Below, piece after piece: positions 17,551-26,915 of a stretch of 43,442 bases of DNA. The DNA is from Candidatus Sigynarchaeum calidifontis (lineage in GTDB: Archaea > Asgardarchaeota > Lokiarchaeia > Sigyniarchaeales > Sigyniarchaeaceae): assembly GCA_030587475.2 (NCBI GenBank), contig JAUQYZ020000087.1, positions 1 through 43,442 on the forward strand. The letters run 5' to 3'. Numbering within the stretch: the first letter of the stretch is position 1; every line of letters begins with the position of its first letter. The position numbers and the translations under genes were made by a program. Below the pieces are notes generated by a model. The model was not told where the DNA came from and made no database searches. It saw only the letters and a list, made by a program, of their open reading frames with translations.

Positions 17551-18486
17551 ATGCCGCGCTTGAAGCCACGAACCTACGTGTTCGTGTTCGTCGTGATTTT
17601 TCTATTCAGCACCATCTTCGTGTTTTCAAAAAAAATCATCCCACCTCTGAATTCCTTTTCCTATTTGTTTGTCCGGAGCATGCTTGGCACGATCGCGTTC
17701 ACGATTCTCCTGGCATCGATGCGATTGTTTCCAGCATTCATCGCAGCCCTAAAAAAAGGGTGGAAGCAATTGATTTTATTTGCCCTCGCGATGCATCTCT
17801 TTCCCCTCTTGCTCGTGTTCATAGCCACGCCGATGACGACCGCCACGGATCAAACCATCATCAACAATCTCAACTTGTCATTCGTCATGCTGCTGAATTG
17901 GGCGATCCAGAAAAAGCGACCGACATTGACTCTCGTGAGCATCGTGGGCATCAACTTCGCGGGTGCAATCGTGATCATGATGCCGTTGGATTTCTCGACG
18001 AATCCAAATCTTGTCGGAAACCTTGTCATGCTCCTTGCCGTGTTTTTCGGAGCATTCTTTCCGATATTTAACAAGAAACTAGCACAAGATGTCGACCCGT
18101 TCGTGCTTGCATTCACGATCAACTTGTTTCCTTTTTTAGCGCTCATCCCGATCAATTTCGCAGTGCCAGGGCAGATTGAAACCATTTCATCCTTGGAACC
18201 AATGGGGTGGTTTTACATTTCGTGGATCGGGATTGGTGTTTCCGCTTTTGCTTACACGCTCGGTAATTTCGCCTACAAGGACGAGGGGATGACCCCGGAA
18301 TTGTATTCGATCTTGACGACCTTGATTCCAGTTTGCGGGATCATCTGGGATGTCGCCCTTTTTGGCACGGCAATGACCATTTATAGAATCACGGGTGCAG
18401 CCCTGGTCATCGGCTCGGTATTGCTAGCACAAGTCGTCGAAACGCAACGAAAAACACGAGAAAAAGGAAAGAAAACAAATCCTTAG
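17551..18486 (+). CDS. DMT/EamA family transporter
   Basis: 311 aa with 10 hydrophobic helices in two repeats. EamA-like motifs include F..R, GNLVMLLAVFFGA and ITGAALVIGSV. Confidence 0.85.
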   Translation: MPRLKPRTYVFVFVVIFLFSTIFVFSKKIIPPLNSFSYLFVRSMLGTIAFTILLASMRLFPAFIAALKKGWKQLILFALAMHLFPLLLVFIATPMTTATDQTIINNLNLSFVMLLNWAIQKKRPTLTLVSIVGINFAGAIVIMMPLDFSTNPNLVGNLVMLLAVFFGAFFPIFNKKLAQDVDPFVLAFTINLFPFLALIPINFAVPGQIETISSLEPMGWFYISWIGIGVSAFAYTLGNFAYKDEGMTPELYSILTTLIPVCGIIWDVALFGTAMTIYRITGAALVIGSVLLAQVVETQRKTREKGKKTNP

Positions 18487-18515
18487 CGATCGATTTACGT
18501 GGAGCTGGTCGATGC

Positions 18516-20642
18516 TTACTTGAAAGCCTTGGCCTCGATGTCCTTGAGCGATGCTTCATCGCTTTTTCCTTGAACCTTGTAGGACAGCTCGACCTCTTTA
18601 CCCGCTTCAACGTCGAACGTCCAGATGAGCATGGTTCCGTCGGCACGTTTCGTCGTCTCGCATTCGGGTTTTTGTGCCATCACGGCGAATTCCTTGGGCA
18701 CGAAATCCGAGACCTTGACGCCGGTCTTGTTGAAATCCGCCTTGTTCTTGTAGATGAGAACGATATCGTATTCACCCTTAGCCATGCCTGGCACGATGGA
18801 CTTGCCGACGGTCGTCTTGCGGCGCTGGTGCACTACGACGACGGATTGGGACGTTTCCATTTTACACTCGATGGGCGGGCCAGGCAATGTCAGGTAAGCC
18901 TGGAACAATGATTCCGTCTTGTACGTTGCATCGCGTTTCGGATGATGCACCATGACCGGATACTTGACCTGGATCGACGTGTTGTCCTCGATTTCACCGA
19001 AACGATCCTTGATTTCCTTTACATCGATGGTCATCTTGCGCTCGGTCGCGATGTCGTCGCCCGAATAGGCGACCGTGTACAATGTAGGATCGACCTTTTG
19101 CCCGGCGATAAACACTTCAATTTCCTTTGCATCGGGGTTCGCGAAATCGCGCGGGATGGTATCTTCCAGGTGCATCGATGCCACGGGCGCGGCACCGCGC
19201 GTTTTCACGTCTATGACCGCGTGGAGCAGGTTATCTCGGTAACTCTTCACTGCATAGGCATCGAACGTCTTGGTTCCCTCCAGGGCTAGGACGTGCAAGT
19301 CGAGGGGCTCGATCCACGTGCTATAAATCGTCTTTTGCACGATGTCGGGCGTGACCGTGAAGCCGACGGCCACGTCCTTGAATATGGCGACGACATTGTC
19401 CTTGAACCCGGGCTCGTCCGCGGACTCGATGGTGAATTTCTCCGACGTCCATGCACTGCCGGGATCGATGTCCGTGTTGGCATCCAGCGACACAGGGGTA
19501 ATCTTCCCGCCGGTGGTCTCGAACTTGAGCAAAATCTCGCCGAGATGCATGGGGAACTCGGACCGGTTCTCGATCGTCACGATCCCGTCCCAAACGTCAG
19601 GTTCCGTGTCGCGCTCATCGAGATCGAGGGAGAAAGCCGTCGATCCCCCGAGCAATATCTTGTCAGCTTTCAAACTTACACGCGTGTCGGATGCGATTTC
19701 ATATTCGACATCGATTTCACCACTCGAGTATGCCGTGATATCTTTTGGAAAGGCGCGTGCTTTCAGCTCCAGCGTTGCAGTCTCGCCAGGATTTAAATCC
19801 CCGACATCCCAGACTACTTCACCCGCGTCCCGTTTCGCACTGCCTCGGGATGCCGTGCCGATCGTGACCTCGCGAAAGACGTCGGTCACCTGTTTCGATA
19901 CCTTGAGCCCGGTAGCTATTTTCTGGCCGGAATTCTGCACGTTAAGCTTGAACGACGTGTCTTGCCCCTTTTCTTCCGCGTCGAGCACGAACACGAGCGA
20001 TGGCTGGGTTCCTCCTGGTGCAGTGTTTATTTCCTCCACGAGCTGGACGGGCGGCTTCGTGCCATCCTTGAATGCCATGCCGTATTCCCTTTTCCATTCC
20101 TCGCCTGCCCGCAACTCGTTCACGTGAAATTGGCGGCCTTCCAAGGTCGTGTCATCGCCGCCATCGACGTTGATGTCGATGTCCCAGACGGATTGCTTGT
20201 CGGCCTTGTTCACGATCGAGATAGAGCCTGCACCTTTCGCAGATTTGACCTCGCCATCATGTGATATCTCGTGGTTGATGATCTCCTCGATCATGGCGGA
20301 AATCTTCCCGCCCGGAGCACCCGCTTTCGAGCCCGAGGGAGAAGTCCTTTCGGGTTCCCGCTCCCGCTCTTCCACGTATTCCCCTTGGACACCTTCCTTT
20401 TCGCCGATTTTCGAGAAGTATGCATCGAGCTCCGCGCGGCGCTCCGGTTTGAAGGCGTACACGCGAGTTTTTTTCTTCTCGAAAACATTCATCAGTACCA
20501 TTTTGCTTTCATCGGACAAGCTGGCCGTTTCCTTGTATTTCTTGTCGAGACCCTTGTAATCGGTATCAGCACGTACGGTGAGCTTGTCGTCGAATAATTC
20601 CACGTGACCTATGGAAAGATCCCATATCTTCTTCCGAATCAC
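18516..20642 (-). CDS. Cytoplasmic MHD-like/DUF11-like beta-sandwich protein, paralogue 2
   Basis: Collinear with 9877..12015: shares WDIDI, GEEWK.EY, DERD.EPDVWD, NRSEFPM, LALEG.KTF, SYR, YDIVLIYKNK and the identical end SLKDIEAKAFK. Start set at GTG 20642, which follows an AGGTGG SD and matches the paralogue's N-terminus. The ORF-track extension overlaps the ThuA-like gene. Confidence 0.6.
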   Translation of the reverse strand: MIRKKIWDLSIGHVELFDDKLTVRADTDYKGLDKKYKETASLSDESKMVLMNVFEKKKTRVYAFKPERRAELDAYFSKIGEKEGVQGEYVEEREREPERTSPSGSKAGAPGGKISAMIEEIINHEISHDGEVKSAKGAGSISIVNKADKQSVWDIDINVDGGDDTTLEGRQFHVNELRAGEEWKREYGMAFKDGTKPPVQLVEEINTAPGGTQPSLVFVLDAEEKGQDTSFKLNVQNSGQKIATGLKVSKQVTDVFREVTIGTASRGSAKRDAGEVVWDVGDLNPGETATLELKARAFPKDITAYSSGEIDVEYEIASDTRVSLKADKILLGGSTAFSLDLDERDTEPDVWDGIVTIENRSEFPMHLGEILLKFETTGGKITPVSLDANTDIDPGSAWTSEKFTIESADEPGFKDNVVAIFKDVAVGFTVTPDIVQKTIYSTWIEPLDLHVLALEGTKTFDAYAVKSYRDNLLHAVIDVKTRGAAPVASMHLEDTIPRDFANPDAKEIEVFIAGQKVDPTLYTVAYSGDDIATERKMTIDVKEIKDRFGEIEDNTSIQVKYPVMVHHPKRDATYKTESLFQAYLTLPGPPIECKMETSQSVVVVHQRRKTTVGKSIVPGMAKGEYDIVLIYKNKADFNKTGVKVSDFVPKEFAVMAQKPECETTKRADGTMLIWTFDVEAGKEVELSYKVQGKSDEASLKDIEAKAFK

Positions 20643-20757
20643 TGGTTCCACCTTGACAATATCCAACAAGAACGACAACTCACGGGTTAATGAAGCTTCT
20701 GGTGGCCGGGGAAAAATCAGAACAATGGAATCGATGATCCGGGTGAAAAAAAAGTAC

Positions 20758-21441
20758 CTATCGCTGACGCGTTGCCCAGAGAAGCCCCCGCTTGAGGATC
20801 TCCCTCGCCTCGGGCACTTCGAAGTCAACATAGGTATGACCATATGACATGTAGAAGATCTTGCCATCGCCCCACGTGCGCTTGTAGACGACGGGCATGA
20901 CCACGCCATCGATCCACGGCATCGCGATGTTATGGAAAGTGGTCGTGCAGAGCACTTCCCCGTTCACGCCTTGCAAGATGGCCGGGTCGACATTGATGTA
21001 GTATTGTTCCGATTTCAAGTGAAATCCCTTGAGCCCCTTGACGATGGGATCGTCCTTTTTCGCCTCGACGATGTCCACGTCATAGTCGACGATTCCGCCC
21101 GGGTGGGCGACCCAGTTGCTGCCCGTGAAAAACTCGTAATCCGTCGACTGCCGGAAGGAATCGTTCATGCCACCGTGCCAGCCGACGAAGCCGAGCCCGT
21201 CCATGACCGCCGCGATGAGTCCCTTGACTTGCTTGTCCTCGATTGTCGACATGGTCCAGCATTGCACGAGCAAGTCGAGCGACTCGAGATACTTCTCATC
21301 CTCGTATATCTTGAGCGTTTGCTTGACGTCGACCTCGTATCCGGCCTCTTCGAGAATGTCTTGCACGAGCATCGACGACGCGGAGGGCGTGTGCCCGTCC
21401 CAACCACCCCACGTGATACAAGCCTTCGGTTTTCTCGTCAT
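20758..21441 (-). CDS. ThuA-like domain protein (class I glutamine amidotransferase-like fold)
   Basis: WGGWDGHTP, DLLVQCWTM, GLGFVGWHGGMNDSFR, WVAHPG, SEQYY and WGDGKIFYMSYGH. ATG at 21441 with TTATAAAG about 40 nt upstream. Confidence 0.85.
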   Translation of the reverse strand: MTRKPKACITWGGWDGHTPSASSMLVQDILEEAGYEVDVKQTLKIYEDEKYLESLDLLVQCWTMSTIEDKQVKGLIAAVMDGLGFVGWHGGMNDSFRQSTDYEFFTGSNWVAHPGGIVDYDVDIVEAKKDDPIVKGLKGFHLKSEQYYINVDPAILQGVNGEVLCTTTFHNIAMPWIDGVVMPVVYKRTWGDGKIFYMSYGHTYVDFEVPEAREILKRGLLWATRQR

Positions 21442-21819
21442 ATGAATGCACTTCAAGATGATGATATAGCTCAACCAAAGAACTTTATAAGAAGATAGTC
21501 CATGCCAATAATATGGCTTATCTTGATACGGATACGGTAGGGGAAGGTTGATATGAACGCTTGCTGGCCAATGTGTACTTTGGCTTAGAAAAGAGGACCA
21601 ATGCCAAGTGCAGCACGTGAACGTGGTAATGACCAGGACCAATGATTGATCTTAGCCCTTGATATTTCTCATATAAAGGAATAAAAATCGCTTATTGCTT
21701 CTTTCAAGAAAACAGCACGCGTGAGCACCTTATACTTGGCGCCCTTTTTTTTCCAGAATTATGATCAGAACTCTTATATTGAAAGATACGTGCAAACATC
21801 AATCGGAGGATGAACTTCC

Positions 21820-22578
21820 ATGTTACCTAGCATAGAGGCCATAGCAAATGGTGTTAGTGCAACTGCAATCATCATCACGGGCTATGTAATCGGCATCCAG
21901 CTGCTTTTGGAGACGCGTAGGACGAAATCCAAGCTGCTCGGCTGGCAATCGTTGTTTGCTTTCAGCCTGGGATCGTTCTATCTCGGGACGAGCGTGAGCT
22001 TTTGGATGCTCGTGTTCGTCGACCACAACATACAACCTTTGGAACTCGGAGCGATCTTGTGCTACACGGTGGCACCCGTCGGCATTGCCACGGTCATGTA
22101 CATCGGTTTTTCGATGATCAAGCCAAGACTCGCCCGGCCGGTGTCCATCATCTACGCCCTCACGGCTATCCCGTTCTGGATCAATCTCTGGTTCGATATA
22201 CCCAGCTTGTCCAAGGAGGTCGTGTTGACCGGGCCGGCCGAGTTGATCGATATCGAGCTGCTGAGTTGGGCCAACATCTTGACCGCCTTGTACATCTTGT
22301 CCATGATCCTCGTTTTAGGGACGGGGTTCTTGATCCTCGCCAAGCAGACGACGGGACAGATCCGGAAGCGCGCTGTTTACTACGCGATCGGCATTATCAT
22401 GTTCTCGATAGGGGGGATCATCGATTCTCGTCTCCCGCTCGGGATCTGGATGGTCGTCGTTCGCTTGTTCATGGTACTAGCCTACCTGGTCTTGTACAAG
22501 GCAATGATCCCGCCGAAAGCATCATTTCCCCCCGTTCCCATCGAGACGCTGGCGCGGGAAGAAACACCAAAGAAATAG
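21820..22578 (+). CDS. Stand-alone 7-TM membrane protein (archaeal 7TM/sensor-like), function unknown
   Basis: 252 aa with seven hydrophobic helices, a GGAGG SD and no cytoplasmic output domain. Confidence 0.7.
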   Translation: MLPSIEAIANGVSATAIIITGYVIGIQLLLETRRTKSKLLGWQSLFAFSLGSFYLGTSVSFWMLVFVDHNIQPLELGAILCYTVAPVGIATVMYIGFSMIKPRLARPVSIIYALTAIPFWINLWFDIPSLSKEVVLTGPAELIDIELLSWANILTALYILSMILVLGTGFLILAKQTTGQIRKRAVYYAIGIIMFSIGGIIDSRLPLGIWMVVVRLFMVLAYLVLYKAMIPPKASFPPVPIETLAREETPKK

Positions 22579-22633
22579 GGATAAAAGTCGAAGTACCCTT
22601 GAGAACGGGGACTATCAATCGGCGCCGGCGGGT

Positions 22634-23875
22634 TCAATCCGCACCTGCCGAGCGGGCGATGATCTCCGCAATGTCCATTATTCTCCTTTTTTCCTTGCTG
22701 CTATCATGCGCGATCAAGAATCCCTCCTCGCAGGCCGGGCAAGAGGTGACGATCGCACTTGCGCCGGTCTTGACGAGCTGGTCATAGCGCTGCATGCCGA
22801 TGGCTTCGGACTCGGCCGGGTGGTGCACGTGCGACACGCCCCCCATGCCGCAGCATTGGGTTTCTGCCTTGGTGAGGAACGGTTCCTTTAGAACGAGGCC
22901 AGGAATCTTGCCGAGGATGGCTCGGGCCAAATCCACGTCGTCGAACCCGCGGGCCACGATGCAAGGGTCATGGTACGTGACGGCCTCGTTGACGGGCTTT
23001 TCAAGTTTCAAGGTGCCTTGCTCGACGAGGATCTTGTAGAACTCGACGGTCGTGAGTACCTTGTAATCGTGCTTGATCCCTTGAGCCTTGTACGTGTTCC
23101 GGAGCGTGTCAGCGCAAGCGGGGCAGTCCGTGATTATTGTTTCGGCGCCTGCTTTCGCGAACAACGCCAGGTTCTTCTCCGCGAGGTGGCGCATCGTGGC
23201 ACGGAAGCCTACCGTGTTCGATGGCCCGCCACAACAACAACGCTCGGAGGCATAGGTGCTGAACCGGATACCCGCCTTTTTCAAGATGGCAATGTTGGCC
23301 ATGACCGCCTCGGGCTTTTTTTCGGCCATCACGCACCCCATGAAATAGAACACGTCGGGTTTTTCGACGCGGACATCGAATTCCGGGTGCGAGGAGAACG
23401 TCGTGCTCGAGAACATCGTGCCGCTCTCGAGGACGCGGGTGTCGAAGTCCTTCAGGTCCTCGGAGACGCAGTCCCGCGCGACCAGGTCAGCGCGCACTGC
23501 CTTGAGCAATTGCCCCGTCGAGATGTCCATGGGGCACCAGTGACGGCAGCCATCGCAATTCACGCACAAGTAAGGCACCTCGGCCGTATGTGGATCTGCT
23601 GGATCCAAGTCGCCCCGCTCGATGAGATAGGCAATGCGAGCCTTCACCGCGGGGGCGTACATCTCCTTGTGCGTCACGCGCAGGCTGGGACACTCGAAGC
23701 GGCACATGTTCGGGCAATGCGCGCATTTCAAGAGGGATTTCATGTCCACCGCTGTGCCTTCTGAAGCGGTCTTGTAGTATTTCTTCGCGCCGATAATTCC
23801 CTTGATGAATTTAAATGCGATGTCCGGTTTCATCGAAAAGAATAGCTTGACCATCCACGAGCTCTTGCCCATCAT
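22634..23875 (-). CDS. (Fe-S)-binding oxidoreductase subunit with 2x[4Fe-4S] and two CCG domains (GlpC/GlcF/HdrD-like)
   Basis: CAHCPNMCRFECP, CVNCDGCRHWCP, YFMGC, CCCGG, CPAC, YHDPC, CCGMGG and SCPAC. Confidence 0.9.
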   Translation of the reverse strand: MMGKSSWMVKLFFSMKPDIAFKFIKGIIGAKKYYKTASEGTAVDMKSLLKCAHCPNMCRFECPSLRVTHKEMYAPAVKARIAYLIERGDLDPADPHTAEVPYLCVNCDGCRHWCPMDISTGQLLKAVRADLVARDCVSEDLKDFDTRVLESGTMFSSTTFSSHPEFDVRVEKPDVFYFMGCVMAEKKPEAVMANIAILKKAGIRFSTYASERCCCGGPSNTVGFRATMRHLAEKNLALFAKAGAETIITDCPACADTLRNTYKAQGIKHDYKVLTTVEFYKILVEQGTLKLEKPVNEAVTYHDPCIVARGFDDVDLARAILGKIPGLVLKEPFLTKAETQCCGMGGVSHVHHPAESEAIGMQRYDQLVKTGASAIVTSCPACEEGFLIAHDSSKEKRRIMDIAEIIARSAGAD

Positions 23876-23882
23876 TCCCGCC

Positions 23883-25337
23883 TCATTTCTCGGCTTCCTC
23901 GTAGAGCTTCCCGGGGTTCATGATGTTGTCCGGGTCAAGCGCGTGCTTGACCCGCTTCATGAGCTCGAGCACGGGGCCGTGCTCCGGTTTCATCCACCTC
24001 GCACGCACGATGCCAATACCGTGGTGGTGCGAGATCGACCCGTTCGACTTCAAGGTACCGACCATCGCCGCGTCCCACGCGGCCTTGAAGAAATCATCAG
24101 CGTTCATGTCACCCTTGGCCACGCCACCGAACGTGAAGTAGAAGCACACGCCTTGCGGGTAGAAATGCGACGCGTGCGCGGAGCTCATCGCCATGCCGGG
24201 TACCTTCTTCATCTCGGCGACCACGTTGTCGTAGAGCACGGCCGCGTCCTTCCACATGCACGAGACCTCGATCGTGTCGAATATCACGTCTTTCGGTGTC
24301 CACGTCGACGTTTCTTTCACGTCAAACCGGGTCTCGAACCAATGGTGGACGGGATCTTGCCCGCAATCGATGCCGCCTTGCTTTTCGGCTTCCGCGCGCA
24401 CCGTCGCCAGTTCGAGATCGACGAGCTTGGCGGTGCCCTCGCAGACGAACACGGTCATGAGCTTCCCCTTGGCCTTCGGTTCCTTGTAGAAGTGGCGCTC
24501 GGTCTCGATCTGGTCGTAGATGCGGACGACCGCGGGATAGATTTGCTGGCGCAGCACGAGCCGCACGGCCTCGAGCGCGTGCGCCCAGTCAGCGAACGCG
24601 TAGGCGACGCCCTCTTGCTTCTCGGGCCACGGCCAGATCTTCAGCGTTGCTTGCGTCACGATGCCAAGCGTGCCCTCGGAACTGAGAAACAGCCGCTCCA
24701 GCTGCGGGCCATTCGATGCCCGGGGATATAGCTTCGTGTCGACGATGCTGCCATCCGCCATCACGACGCGCACGGACAGCACGATGTCCTCGATCTTGCC
24801 ATACTTGGTCGAGAACTGGCCCGCCGCGCGGTGCGCGATCCACCCGCCCACGCTCGATGCATGGAAGGACTGGGGCACGTGGCCTATCAGGTACCCTTTT
24901 TCCTTCAAGATACGTTCAAGCGCCTTGCCGTTGATGCCCGTTTGCACGGTAACGGTCAAGTCCTTGTCATTGACGTCGATGACCTTGTCGAGCCGCTTCA
25001 TGTCGACCGTGATACCGCCGTGCACGGGAATGGCGGCACCCACGACGCCCGAGCCCTCCCCGTAAGGAACCACGGGAATCTTGCGCTCGGCGGCGAGCTT
25101 CACTATCTTCGACACTTGGTCCTCGTTCTCTGGCCACACGACGACGTGGGGCAGCCCAGGAACCTTTTTTTCGATGATCCACCGGTTCGTGATGAGCATG
25201 GCATCCTTCGAGTAGGCAACGAGGTCTGCTTCCTCGGTAGATACCCATTGCTCGCCCGCGATGGCTTTCAAGTCTTTCACGAGGCCATCGAGGTCCTTGA
25301 TTTCAACCCGCTTCTTGTAGACGACATCAAGATTCAT
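23883..25337 (-). CDS. FAD-linked oxidase (VAO/PCMH family), alkyl-dihydroxyacetonephosphate synthase-like
   Basis: PYGEGSGVVG, GHVPQSFHASSVGGWIA.RAAGQFSTKYGKIED, SEGTLGIVT, HASHFYPQG, SISHHHGIG and KHALDPDNIMNPGK. Confidence 0.88.
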   Translation of the reverse strand: MNLDVVYKKRVEIKDLDGLVKDLKAIAGEQWVSTEEADLVAYSKDAMLITNRWIIEKKVPGLPHVVVWPENEDQVSKIVKLAAERKIPVVPYGEGSGVVGAAIPVHGGITVDMKRLDKVIDVNDKDLTVTVQTGINGKALERILKEKGYLIGHVPQSFHASSVGGWIAHRAAGQFSTKYGKIEDIVLSVRVVMADGSIVDTKLYPRASNGPQLERLFLSSEGTLGIVTQATLKIWPWPEKQEGVAYAFADWAHALEAVRLVLRQQIYPAVVRIYDQIETERHFYKEPKAKGKLMTVFVCEGTAKLVDLELATVRAEAEKQGGIDCGQDPVHHWFETRFDVKETSTWTPKDVIFDTIEVSCMWKDAAVLYDNVVAEMKKVPGMAMSSAHASHFYPQGVCFYFTFGGVAKGDMNADDFFKAAWDAAMVGTLKSNGSISHHHGIGIVRARWMKPEHGPVLELMKRVKHALDPDNIMNPGKLYEEAEK

Positions 25338-25450
25338 TCGCGTTCACGGCTCGCAAATAGTCATGGTGATTTGGAGGAATGATTCACGCGAGGTGATATA
25401 TCGCTTTTCAAATAAGGTTTTATTAGCTCCCGAACACGACAAAGGCTCAT

Positions 25451-26905
25451 ATGTTAGAGCACGGGCATCAACCGGCCGCTGAAAGCTCGTGCACGGCTGC
25501 GCCTGGAGCCGTGGAACCCATGTCCTTGAGGCATTTCTGGCCGCTGTTCTACATCGAGGCGAGCATGCGCATCTCCGTGGCCGGGCTCCTGCTAAATATG
25601 GTAGGCTTGTCGCAGATCATCTGGCCAGGCGACGCGTTTCACGCGCTCGAGTTCGGGATCATCATCAGTTCCAAGCTCACGATTCTCTCGTTCGCGGGGG
25701 TCATATTCGGTGTTCTTGCAGACCGCTTCTCCCGCAGAAAACTGATGCTCTTGAGCCTGGCCATCATGGCCGCGGGCGATTTCATCGCCGGTTTTTCTTC
25801 CCAGCCATGGATGCTCGTGCAATTCATCGCGTGCTATTCGATCGTCGGCATGGGACAAGGTGGCGTTGAACCCATCATCACGTCGATAGTGAACGATGAT
25901 TGCCACCAGCACTTCAGGTCACGGTTCTTCGGCACACTAGAGGCATCCAGGCAGCTCGCGCTCATCGTGGGAATGTTTGTCAGCGCTGCATTGATAGACT
26001 CGGGCCTCTGGCAGCTGTATTTCTGGCTGATGGGGGCGATCATGGCCGCGAGCGTGCTCGTTACTGCGTTGTTCCTGAAAGAACCAAGACGGGGCTTTCA
26101 GGCGCACGAGTCCCTGAAGAGCGTCATCTCCACCACGACTGCCCGATACGGGTACAAGCTCACGCCCGACACGGTCAAGCAAACGATATTCTCCCGGACG
26201 AACGTGCTTGCCTTTGTAGAAGGCATTTTCACGTGGATCCTCTTCAGCGTGGCCTTTTACTTGATCTACCCGTGGATCCAGGACCAGCACCACGTCACGG
26301 CGACGTCGACCAGCGCGCTCATGGCCGTGTTTGGCGTTCCCGGCGTGATCATCGGCGCGGTTGGATTCTCGCGCATGTCCGACCGCCTGGCCAAGCGAAG
26401 CATCAAGTTCCGCATCTACATGATCACGGGCTCGATCCTCGCGCTTTTCGTGATCCTTATCCTCCTCTTTGTCTTGCCCATTCCAGACATGGGCACGCTT
26501 AACACGAGTGACTTGATGGTGGTCTTCAAGTACCCGATATTCATTGTAATCGGGGTTCTGGTCTTCGCCATGCGTGCCGTGCTCAGCATCTACCACATCA
26601 ACCAGTCGCCCGTCTTGCAAGTGATCAACCTTCCCGAGGCGCAGGGGTTCATCGCCTCAGCAAATCAATTTCTCGAGACTATCGGCTACGCCTTGGGGCC
26701 GCTGATAGCGGGGCTCTTGCTCACGAGCACGAACAACGATTATCCGACCACTGCCTTGATCTCGCTCACCATCGGTTTGCCGTCCGTAGCAATGTGGTTG
26801 CTCGCGAATCGTTGGATCGACGGGGACGTTGCTCGCGTGAACGAGATCTTGCAGATCCGCGCCGGCGAGATGGCACGGCAAAGCCTGGAAAAGAGCAAGG
26901 CATGA
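25451..26905 (+). CDS. MFS transporter
   Basis: MFS motif A (GVLADRFSRRK; SRMSDRLAKR) and about 12 TM helices. Confidence 0.88.
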   Translation: MLEHGHQPAAESSCTAAPGAVEPMSLRHFWPLFYIEASMRISVAGLLLNMVGLSQIIWPGDAFHALEFGIIISSKLTILSFAGVIFGVLADRFSRRKLMLLSLAIMAAGDFIAGFSSQPWMLVQFIACYSIVGMGQGGVEPIITSIVNDDCHQHFRSRFFGTLEASRQLALIVGMFVSAALIDSGLWQLYFWLMGAIMAASVLVTALFLKEPRRGFQAHESLKSVISTTTARYGYKLTPDTVKQTIFSRTNVLAFVEGIFTWILFSVAFYLIYPWIQDQHHVTATSTSALMAVFGVPGVIIGAVGFSRMSDRLAKRSIKFRIYMITGSILALFVILILLFVLPIPDMGTLNTSDLMVVFKYPIFIVIGVLVFAMRAVLSIYHINQSPVLQVINLPEAQGFIASANQFLETIGYALGPLIAGLLLTSTNNDYPTTALISLTIGLPSVAMWLLANRWIDGDVARVNEILQIRAGEMARQSLEKSKA

Positions 26906-26915
26906 GGTGCCCGCG

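Noticed and set aside
20643-20909. N-terminal ~89 aa of the 797-aa ORF-track call
   Set aside because: It overlaps the ThuA-like gene and its T-tract. Similarity to the paralogue begins only at about 20642.
21442-21819. AT-rich 380-nt intergenic region with a weak ORB-like string (CCCTTTTTTTTCCAG) and a box C-like ATGATGA
   Set aside because: No repeated ORBs, no adjacent orc1/cdc6 and no matching box D. It is best explained as divergent promoters.
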